A program made the translations under genes and the position numbers. DNA of 64,000 nucleotides from Chthonomonadales bacterium (GTDB lineage Bacteria; Armatimonadota; Chthonomonadetes; Chthonomonadales; CAJBBX01). This document shows, in pieces, positions 41,846-50,568 of this stretch (position 1 is the stretch's first letter; the number at the start of each line of letters is the position of its first letter). Location of the stretch: NCBI GenBank assembly GCA_037443035.1, contig JBBIPC010000002.1, forward strand, positions 229,620 to 293,619, given 5' to 3'. The notes under the pieces were generated by a model. It worked only from the letters and a program-made list of their open reading frames with translations, made no database searches and was not told the DNA's origin.

Positions 41846-42754
41846 TCACTCCCGCACGAACCGCTGGGTCTTGATCCTATAGGTACTTCCGTCGCTCCAG
41901 ATGGTGATGGCTCCGTGGCGGTCTGTTCTGAGGACACGTATTCTCCTCTTGGAGAGTCGCTGCAATACTCTCGGATCCGGGTGACCAAAGGGGTTCCGTT
42001 GGCCCACCGAGATGATCGCCACCTGTGGCTTGACGGCGTTCAGCCAGCGATCGGACGTCGAGCTGTTGCTTCCGTGGTGACCCAGCTTCAGAATATCAGC
42101 TTGGACGTCCAGTCCTCCACGTACCATCCTGTGCTCGGCCTCTGCATCAGCGTCTCCCATCAGAAGCACGCGCGTCCGTCCGTAGCGAACCATGAGCACC
42201 AGGGACGCATCGTTATCCGAACGCGGCACCGGTTTCTGATCCTCTGTAGGTGGATTCAGAACGTCCAGCACCACACCGCCACCTGGCTGTATGACCGCAC
42301 CGCATCGAACCCGCACCAGAGGAATACGGCGGCGCCTGGCAAGATCCTTCGTGAGCTGCTCGGTCTCTGTCTCTCCGCGGACCCATGGTCCATCTATGGG
42401 CAGGAAGAGCCTGTCAGTCCTGATCCCCAGCAGGATTGCATGGGCACCCCCAGCATGATCCTGGTCCCAGTGGGTCAAGACGAGGGCCGAGACGCGGTTG
42501 ATTCCGCGACTGCGCAAGTACGGCAACACTACACTCCGGCCACGGCTCGAGTCTCTGCTCGACCTACCGGCATCAACGACAAGAGCTCTACCAGTCGGTG
42601 TCTCCAGCACGGCTGCGTCTCCCTGGCCTACATCCAACACAGTGATCCTCAGCAGAGACGGTCTGAGAGCGCTCCCCCAGAGGTAGCCGCTCACGACAGC
42701 CGCTATGAGGAGGCCCAGTGTGACCAGCGTGCGGAGTCGCTGCGATAGACTCAC
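41846..42754 (-). CDS. comEC: ComEC C-terminal metallo-beta-lactamase domain encoded as a separate ORF
   Basis: 'LDVGQGDA', 'THWDQDHAGG', 'NDASLV', 'KLGHHGS', 'NPFGHP', 'RTD.HGAI'. GTG 42754 overlaps the upstream TGA. Confidence 0.85.
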   Translation of the reverse strand: MSLSQRLRTLVTLGLLIAAVVSGYLWGSALRPSLLRITVLDVGQGDAAVLETPTGRALVVDAGRSSRDSSRGRSVVLPYLRSRGINRVSALVLTHWDQDHAGGAHAILLGIRTDRLFLPIDGPWVRGETETEQLTKDLARRRRIPLVRVRCGAVIQPGGGVVLDVLNPPTEDQKPVPRSDNDASLVLMVRYGRTRVLLMGDADAEAEHRMVRGGLDVQADILKLGHHGSNSSTSDRWLNAVKPQVAIISVGQRNPFGHPDPRVLQRLSKRRIRVLRTDRHGAITIWSDGSTYRIKTQRFVRE

Positions 42755-44397
42755 GGTCGCATCCCGCTTCCAACGGCTCGCCGTGCCGCGTGAGCGGCGA
42801 TGCCGAGGATACCGTACATGGCGAATACCGCCATCCAACCCGGAGATGGCAGATTGACAGCCGCAAATGGCAGGTTGCCTGCACGATCGGCAACGCCCAT
42901 CACCCACGAAGACAACGGCAGGAGAACACCATGGCATAGGACGCCCGCTGCCGATGGCCAGACCAACCCGATCAGCCAGCCCACGAGGGCTGCGGGCATG
43001 AGCAACGCTACAGCCGGCGCCGCAAGTGCGTTGGAAAGTACGCCAACGAGGGGAACGCTGTTGAATACCTGGGCGGTGAGCGGTGCGCTAGCTGAGCCGG
43101 CGATTCCGGACAGGGCCGCGACGGATACGGTTCCCCGCCCCATTCTCGCCAGCGCCCGACGGAGCCAGGGCATGTCGGTCTCCACCGGCAGTCTCTTGTT
43201 CAGCACGGTCTCGACGGTAGGCCAGTACGCGATGGTAGCAGCAACGACGAGAAACGAGAGCTCGAATCCTACATCGAAGAGGATCCCCGGGTCGCAAGCC
43301 AGCCCTGCTAGTCCAGCCGCTGCCAGGGCGCTTGGCGCATCCCTTTCCCTGTCGAAGAGGGGCGCTGCTACGAACACGCAGGCCATGATGGCGGCGCGGA
43401 CGACTGCAGGCTGGGATCCCGCTGCGACGGCATACAGAACGGACCCGACTAGGCAGATCAGCGCTCGGAGACGCGGCCCAGGATGCACGAATCGGATCAG
43501 CAAGTAGATCAGGGTTACCACCATGGCGACATTCGCGCCTGACGCAGCCGTGATGTGGAGAAGACCGGACCGCCGAAACGCCTCTACCGCCTCTGGCGGC
43601 AGCGAGCTATGGCCTCCCAGGACGAGCGCCGTCAGGAACGCTGCACGCTCCCTTGGTAGGAAGCGAGCGAAGAGACGCTCCATGGACCACCGGACACTCA
43701 GGACTCTCGCGGCGAACGCGCGGATGGGACTGTCCGTGCCGTCCCCTGCATGCCACGACTCTGGCCGTCGGCAATCGAGTGTGCAGAAGATGCCCCGCCG
43801 ACGCAGCCCCTCGACCCACAAAACGGAACCCGGATTTCCAGGCTCACGAAGTGCATCCAGTACCCCACGCGCCTCGATCGTCTGTCCATACTGCGGAGGT
43901 CTCTGGCCCGGCGCCACTGCCAATCTGGCCCGCACGATTCCCGTGACACCGTGAATAACGCCGTCGCCAATAGCCACGCGGATCGGCGTCAACTCCGCGG
44001 TAGCTGCGTACCCGCGGACTTCTGGTTCACTGACAAGCCTGCCGACGAGCTCGACATGCTGGCCCTTGGCGAGACGCGAGATATCGGTCGGTCCGGGCGT
44101 CAACTGCACCCACTGCCGCAGTGCGCCCGCGCCCACCAGCATGAGCAAGTTGGCGGCCGTGAGCCAGCTCCTCTTGCGCGTCAGCAGTCCCAGCGCAGAC
44201 GCACTGACAGCCAGTGCCATGAGGGCTGCGGGACGGTAGGCCGATGTTCCGATGCCGATGCCGGCAGCATAGCAGACCGTCGCGGCTACCAGGGGTCTGT
44301 GCCGAAGCGTCTGGCCGAACACCGCTGCCAGCGCAGGAATATCGCGAAGATGCTCCCTTCCGGTTCGTCGGGTCTCAGGAGGTGGCACGGTGTCCAC
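42751..44397 (-). CDS. comEC: ComEC/Rec2 membrane part (DUF4131 OB domain plus Competence domain)
   Basis: 'GL.HITAASGANVA', 'PAVVRAAIM', 'DVGFELSF', 'GVLSNALA'. Confidence 0.88.
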   Translation of the reverse strand: MDTVPPPETRRTGREHLRDIPALAAVFGQTLRHRPLVAATVCYAAGIGIGTSAYRPAALMALAVSASALGLLTRKRSWLTAANLLMLVGAGALRQWVQLTPGPTDISRLAKGQHVELVGRLVSEPEVRGYAATAELTPIRVAIGDGVIHGVTGIVRARLAVAPGQRPPQYGQTIEARGVLDALREPGNPGSVLWVEGLRRRGIFCTLDCRRPESWHAGDGTDSPIRAFAARVLSVRWSMERLFARFLPRERAAFLTALVLGGHSSLPPEAVEAFRRSGLLHITAASGANVAMVVTLIYLLIRFVHPGPRLRALICLVGSVLYAVAAGSQPAVVRAAIMACVFVAAPLFDRERDAPSALAAAGLAGLACDPGILFDVGFELSFLVVAATIAYWPTVETVLNKRLPVETDMPWLRRALARMGRGTVSVAALSGIAGSASAPLTAQVFNSVPLVGVLSNALAAPAVALLMPAALVGWLIGLVWPSAAGVLCHGVLLPLSSWVMGVADRAGNLPFAAVNLPSPGWMAVFAMYGILGIAAHAARRAVGSGMRP

Positions 44398-44408
44398 TCA
44401 TGCCGCGG

Positions 44409-46469
44409 CTAGATGAAGATCTTGTAGACCTGAAGACCGTTCACCGGCCCATAAATGGCCCACAGAGAGCCGCAGACGTAATCACCCAGCGTCAGTCCCA
44501 GGAAGAAGGGTATGGCTGTGTTGTGCAACTTCATACCGCCGAATCGCACGATGACCAACTTGATCAGCCAGCTCACGAAGAACGCGAACCAGAAATAGTC
44601 CATGGCGAACGAGACGGCCAGTGCATAGCCCGCGGGATGGAACGGCCACCACAGGAACGCCCCCCTCATGATGCGAAGCCATAGAACCATCACCGCCCCA
44701 ACAACCACCCATACTTGCTGCGTCCATTCCGTCTTTGTCGGAGTCTGAAGCCAGGCGTTGAGCCGGTCGAAGGATTCGAAGCCAACCCAGGACTTGTAGC
44801 CTACCGCTTTGCTCGTCGCGCCTTCGGCGAAGGTCACGTGGAGGTTCGCCCAGCACGCGAATACCGTAGCGGCGACCGTCGAGAACGCGATGAGAGCTAT
44901 GAGCTTGCCTCGTTGCATCCTGCCGCCTTCCGCGAGCTTGAAGGCCTCGATGTGATTCGGCATGGGATGGCAGCGGTAGCACCGGTTGTACCAGTACAGG
45001 ACCGACATCGTCGCCAGGCTCTGGGCCCCGACGGCGTTGACGCCGAAAAGGGTGACGAGAACTGTCCGCGGGTTGACGAAGTAGATCTCGTGGGGAGCGC
45101 CGAGCTCGGCTCGGACGCGAGTCATGGCGATCGCCAACAGGAAGAACAACCCGAAGAAGATCAGGGCCACCCACCACGACAGCGCTGTCGCCCAGGAGAA
45201 CCAGGTCAGAAACGCCACGCCTGCAGCCAGGCCGATGAATGCACCCCGGTAGTGTCGTCGTTCCTCGACATCCTCAGATGTCTCGCGTAGCGGCGTCTCG
45301 CGTCGTCGTGCGAACCACGCGCACCTGGCCCATGCATCGCGGAATTGCCCGCGCAAAGCCCAGACTACGGTACAGCCGAGGGCGATCCAGGCTCCGGACG
45401 ATTGCTGTTCGAAGAACGGGAAACCTACGTTGGATGGGGAATCCCAACCCTGTACAGCGCCGAGGATCTGAAAGGCCTTGCGGGCAACGTAGAAGAACCA
45501 GCATGAAAACGCAAGATCCAACGGGAGGAAGTAGGCCAACCCGATGGCGAACGGATACATGGAGATGGGCGTCCAGCCGATGGCGTTCCAGGGGCGGGAT
45601 GGCATGTACGGTCCAAGGTCGAAGAGTTTCACCTGGGCCAGGTACGGCCAGGACGGATAGAGATAGTGCATGCCGTTGATGAAGTCTATGACGGCAGCCA
45701 CCGCGAAACCACCCCACATGACCTTGCTCCGCCAGAACGCCTCGGCCTTCCCCCCGGGATGCGTCATAGCGAGTGGGAGTTGGACGATGGGAAACGCCAG
45801 CTTCTCGTTCTCCGTCCATGCCTTCCGGATGAGGACGCTAATGCATAGGCACATGCCGATGAGCACCCCGAGGAACAGTGTCCACCAGAGCAGCGGTCCG
45901 AGGAACGGGTACAGGTACCGAGGCTGCCACCAGTTCACTCCACCCTGGTAGAAGGCCTTGATGGCCTCCTTCCCGCCAGCGTCGGCGTCCTGCACGAGAA
46001 GGAAACTGGTCGGCTTCAGGTACTGGAAGAAGGTCGCATCGTACTTGCGCTCCGGCGTGTTGTACCTGTCGGCATGTGCGATGATCCCGAAGAGGTTCTG
46101 CACGAGGTCATGGCCTGCCAGGACGCAGCCAATGACCAGCATGACGTAGACCGTCAACAGCTCCCCTTGACTGAAGCTGAGGCCACTTCGCCAGCGACCC
46201 AGGATGCCGTTGAGTACACACAGACAGAAGAGGAAGAAAATGGGGGTGATGAAGAGAGGGAGACACGTACCGTCCAGGGTATACCACCGGACCTCGACCA
46301 CGGTAATCCAGTAAGCATTGATCGGCATGAGCAGGAAGCCCAGTAGGACCGCTCGTGCCGTAATGCCACGAACAGGTTGCGAGGCGACAGTCGTCGCCTC
46401 GTGGGTGGTCAGCGCGTCTGCTCTCGATTTCCGCAAGGCCGCACTGGAGAACATGGCGCATGATAGCAC
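44409..46469 (-). CDS. Polytopic membrane protein, DUF6785/DUF6784-like (putative transporter)
   Basis: 'FSQGELLTVYVM', 'W.ENEKLAFPIVQLP', 'RVRAELG', 'WWPFHPAGY', 'PFFLGL.LGD'. Confidence 0.72.
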   Translation of the reverse strand: MLSCAMFSSAALRKSRADALTTHEATTVASQPVRGITARAVLLGFLLMPINAYWITVVEVRWYTLDGTCLPLFITPIFFLFCLCVLNGILGRWRSGLSFSQGELLTVYVMLVIGCVLAGHDLVQNLFGIIAHADRYNTPERKYDATFFQYLKPTSFLLVQDADAGGKEAIKAFYQGGVNWWQPRYLYPFLGPLLWWTLFLGVLIGMCLCISVLIRKAWTENEKLAFPIVQLPLAMTHPGGKAEAFWRSKVMWGGFAVAAVIDFINGMHYLYPSWPYLAQVKLFDLGPYMPSRPWNAIGWTPISMYPFAIGLAYFLPLDLAFSCWFFYVARKAFQILGAVQGWDSPSNVGFPFFEQQSSGAWIALGCTVVWALRGQFRDAWARCAWFARRRETPLRETSEDVEERRHYRGAFIGLAAGVAFLTWFSWATALSWWVALIFFGLFFLLAIAMTRVRAELGAPHEIYFVNPRTVLVTLFGVNAVGAQSLATMSVLYWYNRCYRCHPMPNHIEAFKLAEGGRMQRGKLIALIAFSTVAATVFACWANLHVTFAEGATSKAVGYKSWVGFESFDRLNAWLQTPTKTEWTQQVWVVVGAVMVLWLRIMRGAFLWWPFHPAGYALAVSFAMDYFWFAFFVSWLIKLVIVRFGGMKLHNTAIPFFLGLTLGDYVCGSLWAIYGPVNGLQVYKIFI

Positions 46470-46861
46470 ACGTTCAGAACCACCGCAAACCTACCGTGGC
46501 CTCTAACGGGTCCTGGTACGTGGCCACGAAATAGGAAGGGTCGTAGGACAGCCTGGACGATGGCGACGATGGCCATGATGGCGTGCTGAGCGTCCCCGTC
46601 ACTTTCGGTGACATTGGCGTGCGGGAGTTGTGTGGCTTCGGCCGCCTGAGGAGCAACCGCAACGATGACCGAGCGGTCGAGCGTGTCATTGGAGGTAACC
46701 TCTCACGCCCTCGCCGGTCCGGGCTGCCGTGCGCGATTTCGGTGCTACAGGCAAGCAGCTCCGGCCCTCCGCCTCCGGTCGCGGGACGGCGTTCCGGTGC
46801 TGGCAAGGTTCGTGCCTAAGGTGGAGCCGCACGTGTTAGCGGATCGGCGGTCACCGCGCGT

Positions 46862-48007
46862 TCACTTCCGCGTAAGCGGCTGCCAGTTCTGGTTGGATCC
46901 GATATTCGGGTCGAAGGTGTCGGAGTCGGAGACAATGTACTCGCCGAGGCCGTTGACCCACGCGTTCTTGAAACCCGACGGGAGCTTGACGACGTTGCCA
47001 TCGGGATCCGCGTACCGGTCCAGGTCACGCATGTAGTCGCTGAAGCTCTCCGAGACCCGGTCGTAGGCGCTCTGGCGCTGCTCGTACAGCCGCATCCGTT
47101 CGTCGCTTATCTCGGCGCTTGTCTGCGCGAGAAGACGGCTGAACTGGCCGACCATGCGGATGCGCTGGACCTGAGCCCTGATCAGCATGTCCACGAGCTG
47201 GACGTAGCGGTTGAACCATTCTTTGTTGAGCTGAACCGAGGACACCATGGTAGTGAAGAGCTTGCTCTGCTTGTCCAAGTCGCCCTTTGCGGCACGCATG
47301 CCGAGGAGGTAGCTGAGCGTCCAGTTTTCGTTGGTGAAGGTGCCGGCAAGGCTCTGGATAGGAATGAACAGACTCTCCCGCACGCCGATCAGGTCTTCGC
47401 TGTAGGCCGTACCGTTCAGTTCGTAGTCGAGCCGCACCTTGCCGGCGGTGGCGGCAAACCGAACGCCTCCTCCTGGAGAGTGCGCTTCGAGCCCGAGCGC
47501 CTTGACGATCTCCGGCAAGGGCTTGCGCTCGGCAACGCTGACGCCCCTGATCCCCTTCCGGAACCGCGGGACGACGATGCGCTCGAGCGCCTCTTCGATG
47601 GTCATCGGACGATGCACTTCGGCGCCGAAGTACTTCGATCCGGGCGGGAACATGCTCAGCAGGCCGGGACTGTCGGTCCAGAACATGGGCTGATTGGGGA
47701 AGCCCTCGAACGCCTCGGGCCCGTTCGGGTTCCAGATGCGGAAGGAGATGGCCGCGGGCGCCATGGGCACATCGAGCCGCCACTCGACTTTGCTCTCGGC
47801 CTTCCACTCGGCAGGCACGAGCATGCGGAACACCTCGCCTCCAATGCCGCCCTCGTCCATGCAACGCCAAACGCGGAACTTGATCGTGTTTGCAGGCGGA
47901 TCGGCAGAGACCGGTTTCCGAGCGGGGGTATCGCGCTCGGGGGCACAGGCACCCACCAGGAGGAGGACGGCGACGGAAAGCGAGGCGATCGGCCAGTACG
48001 TACCCAT
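46862..48007 (-). CDS. Hypothetical lipoprotein
   Basis: Lipobox-like 'LLLVGAC'; AAGGAGG RBS before ATG 48007; strong GC3 codon bias. Confidence 0.7.
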   Translation of the reverse strand: MGTYWPIASLSVAVLLLVGACAPERDTPARKPVSADPPANTIKFRVWRCMDEGGIGGEVFRMLVPAEWKAESKVEWRLDVPMAPAAISFRIWNPNGPEAFEGFPNQPMFWTDSPGLLSMFPPGSKYFGAEVHRPMTIEEALERIVVPRFRKGIRGVSVAERKPLPEIVKALGLEAHSPGGGVRFAATAGKVRLDYELNGTAYSEDLIGVRESLFIPIQSLAGTFTNENWTLSYLLGMRAAKGDLDKQSKLFTTMVSSVQLNKEWFNRYVQLVDMLIRAQVQRIRMVGQFSRLLAQTSAEISDERMRLYEQRQSAYDRVSESFSDYMRDLDRYADPDGNVVKLPSGFKNAWVNGLGEYIVSDSDTFDPNIGSNQNWQPLTRK

Positions 48008-48502
48008 GGTGGTTCCTCCTTGGAGGCCCAACCTGCGGTCGCGCGCAGGTCAGGCCGGCGATCTACATCGAGTATATCACGCGCGCTTCTGGATGCGCTC
48101 CTGACAGGAATGTGGATCGAGAACAGCTAGTTGTACGCGATCGGACGCCTCCCGCAGAACAGGGGTATCGGAACGGCGACGTATGAACACGTCTGGCCTC
48201 CGTTGCGATCGTCTGCAGAGTACTCGAACAGACCACGACAACGGCCTCGCCCACACGAATTCCAGTGTCTGCGGGAGCCGTTGGCGCATCTCTCCTGTAA
48301 GCGCCTGGTCACCGCCATGTCCCTTGTGCCGGACGGCGTGCTCGCGCTCAAGGCGCCGTTCGGCTCCACTTCCAGACCCAGCCATGCAGGCGAGGACGGC
48401 TGCGCTACGGCCCTCGCAGGCGGCCAGGCAACCCACACGCAGAGAAGACAAGACCCGCCGCCAGTCTCAGAGATACCCGGATTCCTGCCATACCTACGGA
48501 CG

Positions 48503-50527
48503 CTAGGGTGAAGTGGACGCCTCGAGCCACCGCTGCAGCCAGGCAAGGTTCCTCCGGAGGCGGTCCTCTCGCAAGTCCGGCGGACCGTTTCGGGACAGGC
48601 CGTGGCTGGTCTCGGCTGGATATCGGACGAACTCGACCGTCTTTCTCTGCCACCGGAGCGCGGCGAACAGTTGCTCCGCCTGCTCGATGGGACAGCGCAG
48701 GTCGCCATCGGAATGGATCAGGAGTAGCGGCGTCGTGATCTGCCCCGCATACTTCAATGGCGAGCATCGCCAGAGATCGCACGGCTGATCCCATGCGTTT
48801 CCCGCGAAGTCCTTGCCGTGCTCCCAGACGAAGTCCGTCGTACCGCTCATGCTGTGCATATTGCCGACGAGACGATCCGCGATGGCACATCGAAAGCGAT
48901 CGGTGTGTCCTACCGCCCATGCCGTCATGTAGCCACCGTAGGACCCACCCATGATCGCCATGCGGTCGGCATCCACGAACGGCAGGTCCGCAGCGTAATC
49001 CGCTACGGTCATGATGTCGGCGAAGTCCTTGTTCCCCCAGTCACCCCGGATGGCGCGCTTGTACTCCTCCCCGTAGCCTGCGCTACCCCGAGGGTTCGAG
49101 AAGACGACCACGAAGCCGTTCGCGGCAAGCCACTGCAGCTCGTGGAAGGGAGCCGCTCGACCCCCGTATTGAAGGGCGGGCCCGCCATGAATGTAGAGGA
49201 TGCATGGGTAGCGTTGTCCCTCCGCGAACGGCACGGGTTGCAGCACCCAACTGTGGATCGTCCCGCCATCTCCGTTGGGTAGCTCGATCTCCTCTGGCAT
49301 CTGCAGGAGAACCTCGTCTCTGAGATCCCGGTTGACCTGGCTGATCAAGCGGGCGCTGGATGTGTCTTCTGTAGACTGAACATACACCTCGTGGGGGCTG
49401 ATGGCAGATGCCAGTGTATACGCCACGATGCTACTGTCGCCGCTGAGGCTGAAACTCCCGAGTTCGCAGTCTCCGGGCGTGAGGGTCTCGATCCTTCCAC
49501 CAGCGGCCGCTATGCGGCAGAGTCGAGTACTACCAGCCGCACTGATGGGAAAGAACAGCTCGGTTCCATCCGCAGACCACTGCACGATCCGTCCACCACC
49601 CACGTCATGCATGTCGGAGAGCGTGAGGTATCCGACAGCCAGGTCCGTCTCACCGGTCAAGTCCCTGGCTGCGTCAGCCCCGTCCGAAGGAAGGATCAGG
49701 ATACGATCGTTTCGGCCTCCCCATGTGTCCTCCGGATCTGTGTGGCCAATGTAGGCGATCCAACGACCATCCGGCGAGAATACGGGTGAGTCTTTGGGAC
49801 CCTCGGGTGCCGGGATGAGTCGGAGGTCCCCTCCATCGGCTGGCACCGTCCACAGCTCCTGGTACATCCCACGCAGGTCCGCATCGTCCTTGCGGTTGCT
49901 TACGAACACCAGCCGTGTCCCGTCCGGCGACCAAGCTGGCATTCCGCAAGGCCACGGTCCACCCGTCAATTCCTTTGCCTCGCGAGACGCCACGTCCAGT
50001 ACCCATATCTGCGCATAGGAGCCATCATGGTAGCCCATGCCATCCAGCCGGTAGTTGAGCTTCGTGTGTACTCGCACTGGAGAACTCAGCCCCTTCTCCT
50101 TGCGATCCTTCTGGGCTTTCTCCGTCCGCTCCTCTGGCGTTGGCCGGAAAGTGAAGGCCAGTCTGCGACCATCCGGCGACCACTCGATAGAGGTCACATT
50201 CCCCTCCGGAAGCAAGGTCAGCTGCTCGGCCTCGCCTCCGTCGGCATGGATGATGTAGATCTGCGAACCTGGTTCGCTCCTATTGCTAATGAATGCGATC
50301 GTCTCACCATCCGGCGACCATCGGGGGTATGTGTCGCAATGTCCGTCACCGGTGAACTGCCTGGCCGTGCCATCGGTGGTATCGGCCATCCACAGTGACG
50401 TGAAGTACTTGTTCTTCTCCCGATCGGTCCTGCGGACGGTGAACACGACACGCTCGCCAGAAGGCGAGATCTGAGCATCGCCTACGATTCGAAAGCGAAA
50501 AAGGTCTTCGATGGTTATGGGACGCAT
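48503..50527 (-). CDS. S9-family serine peptidase (acylaminoacyl/dipeptidyl peptidase) with PD40 beta-propeller
   Basis: Repeated 'WSPDG', 'IHGGP', nucleophile 'GGSYGG', 'DLRCP', 'SHGLSR'. Start re-assigned to ATG 50527 (GAGAGG RBS). Confidence 0.93.
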   Translation of the reverse strand: MRPITIEDLFRFRIVGDAQISPSGERVVFTVRRTDREKNKYFTSLWMADTTDGTARQFTGDGHCDTYPRWSPDGETIAFISNRSEPGSQIYIIHADGGEAEQLTLLPEGNVTSIEWSPDGRRLAFTFRPTPEERTEKAQKDRKEKGLSSPVRVHTKLNYRLDGMGYHDGSYAQIWVLDVASREAKELTGGPWPCGMPAWSPDGTRLVFVSNRKDDADLRGMYQELWTVPADGGDLRLIPAPEGPKDSPVFSPDGRWIAYIGHTDPEDTWGGRNDRILILPSDGADAARDLTGETDLAVGYLTLSDMHDVGGGRIVQWSADGTELFFPISAAGSTRLCRIAAAGGRIETLTPGDCELGSFSLSGDSSIVAYTLASAISPHEVYVQSTEDTSSARLISQVNRDLRDEVLLQMPEEIELPNGDGGTIHSWVLQPVPFAEGQRYPCILYIHGGPALQYGGRAAPFHELQWLAANGFVVVFSNPRGSAGYGEEYKRAIRGDWGNKDFADIMTVADYAADLPFVDADRMAIMGGSYGGYMTAWAVGHTDRFRCAIADRLVGNMHSMSGTTDFVWEHGKDFAGNAWDQPCDLWRCSPLKYAGQITTPLLLIHSDGDLRCPIEQAEQLFAALRWQRKTVEFVRYPAETSHGLSRNGPPDLREDRLRRNLAWLQRWLEASTSP

Positions 50528-50568
50528 GGAAATCCTACCTCTCTTGGAGCAGCATCCGGACGGCAGGG

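Noticed and set aside
46474..46806. 110-aa minus-strand ORF
   Set aside because: Ser/Pro/Arg-rich, no recognisable motif and weak codon bias; not supportable as a gene.
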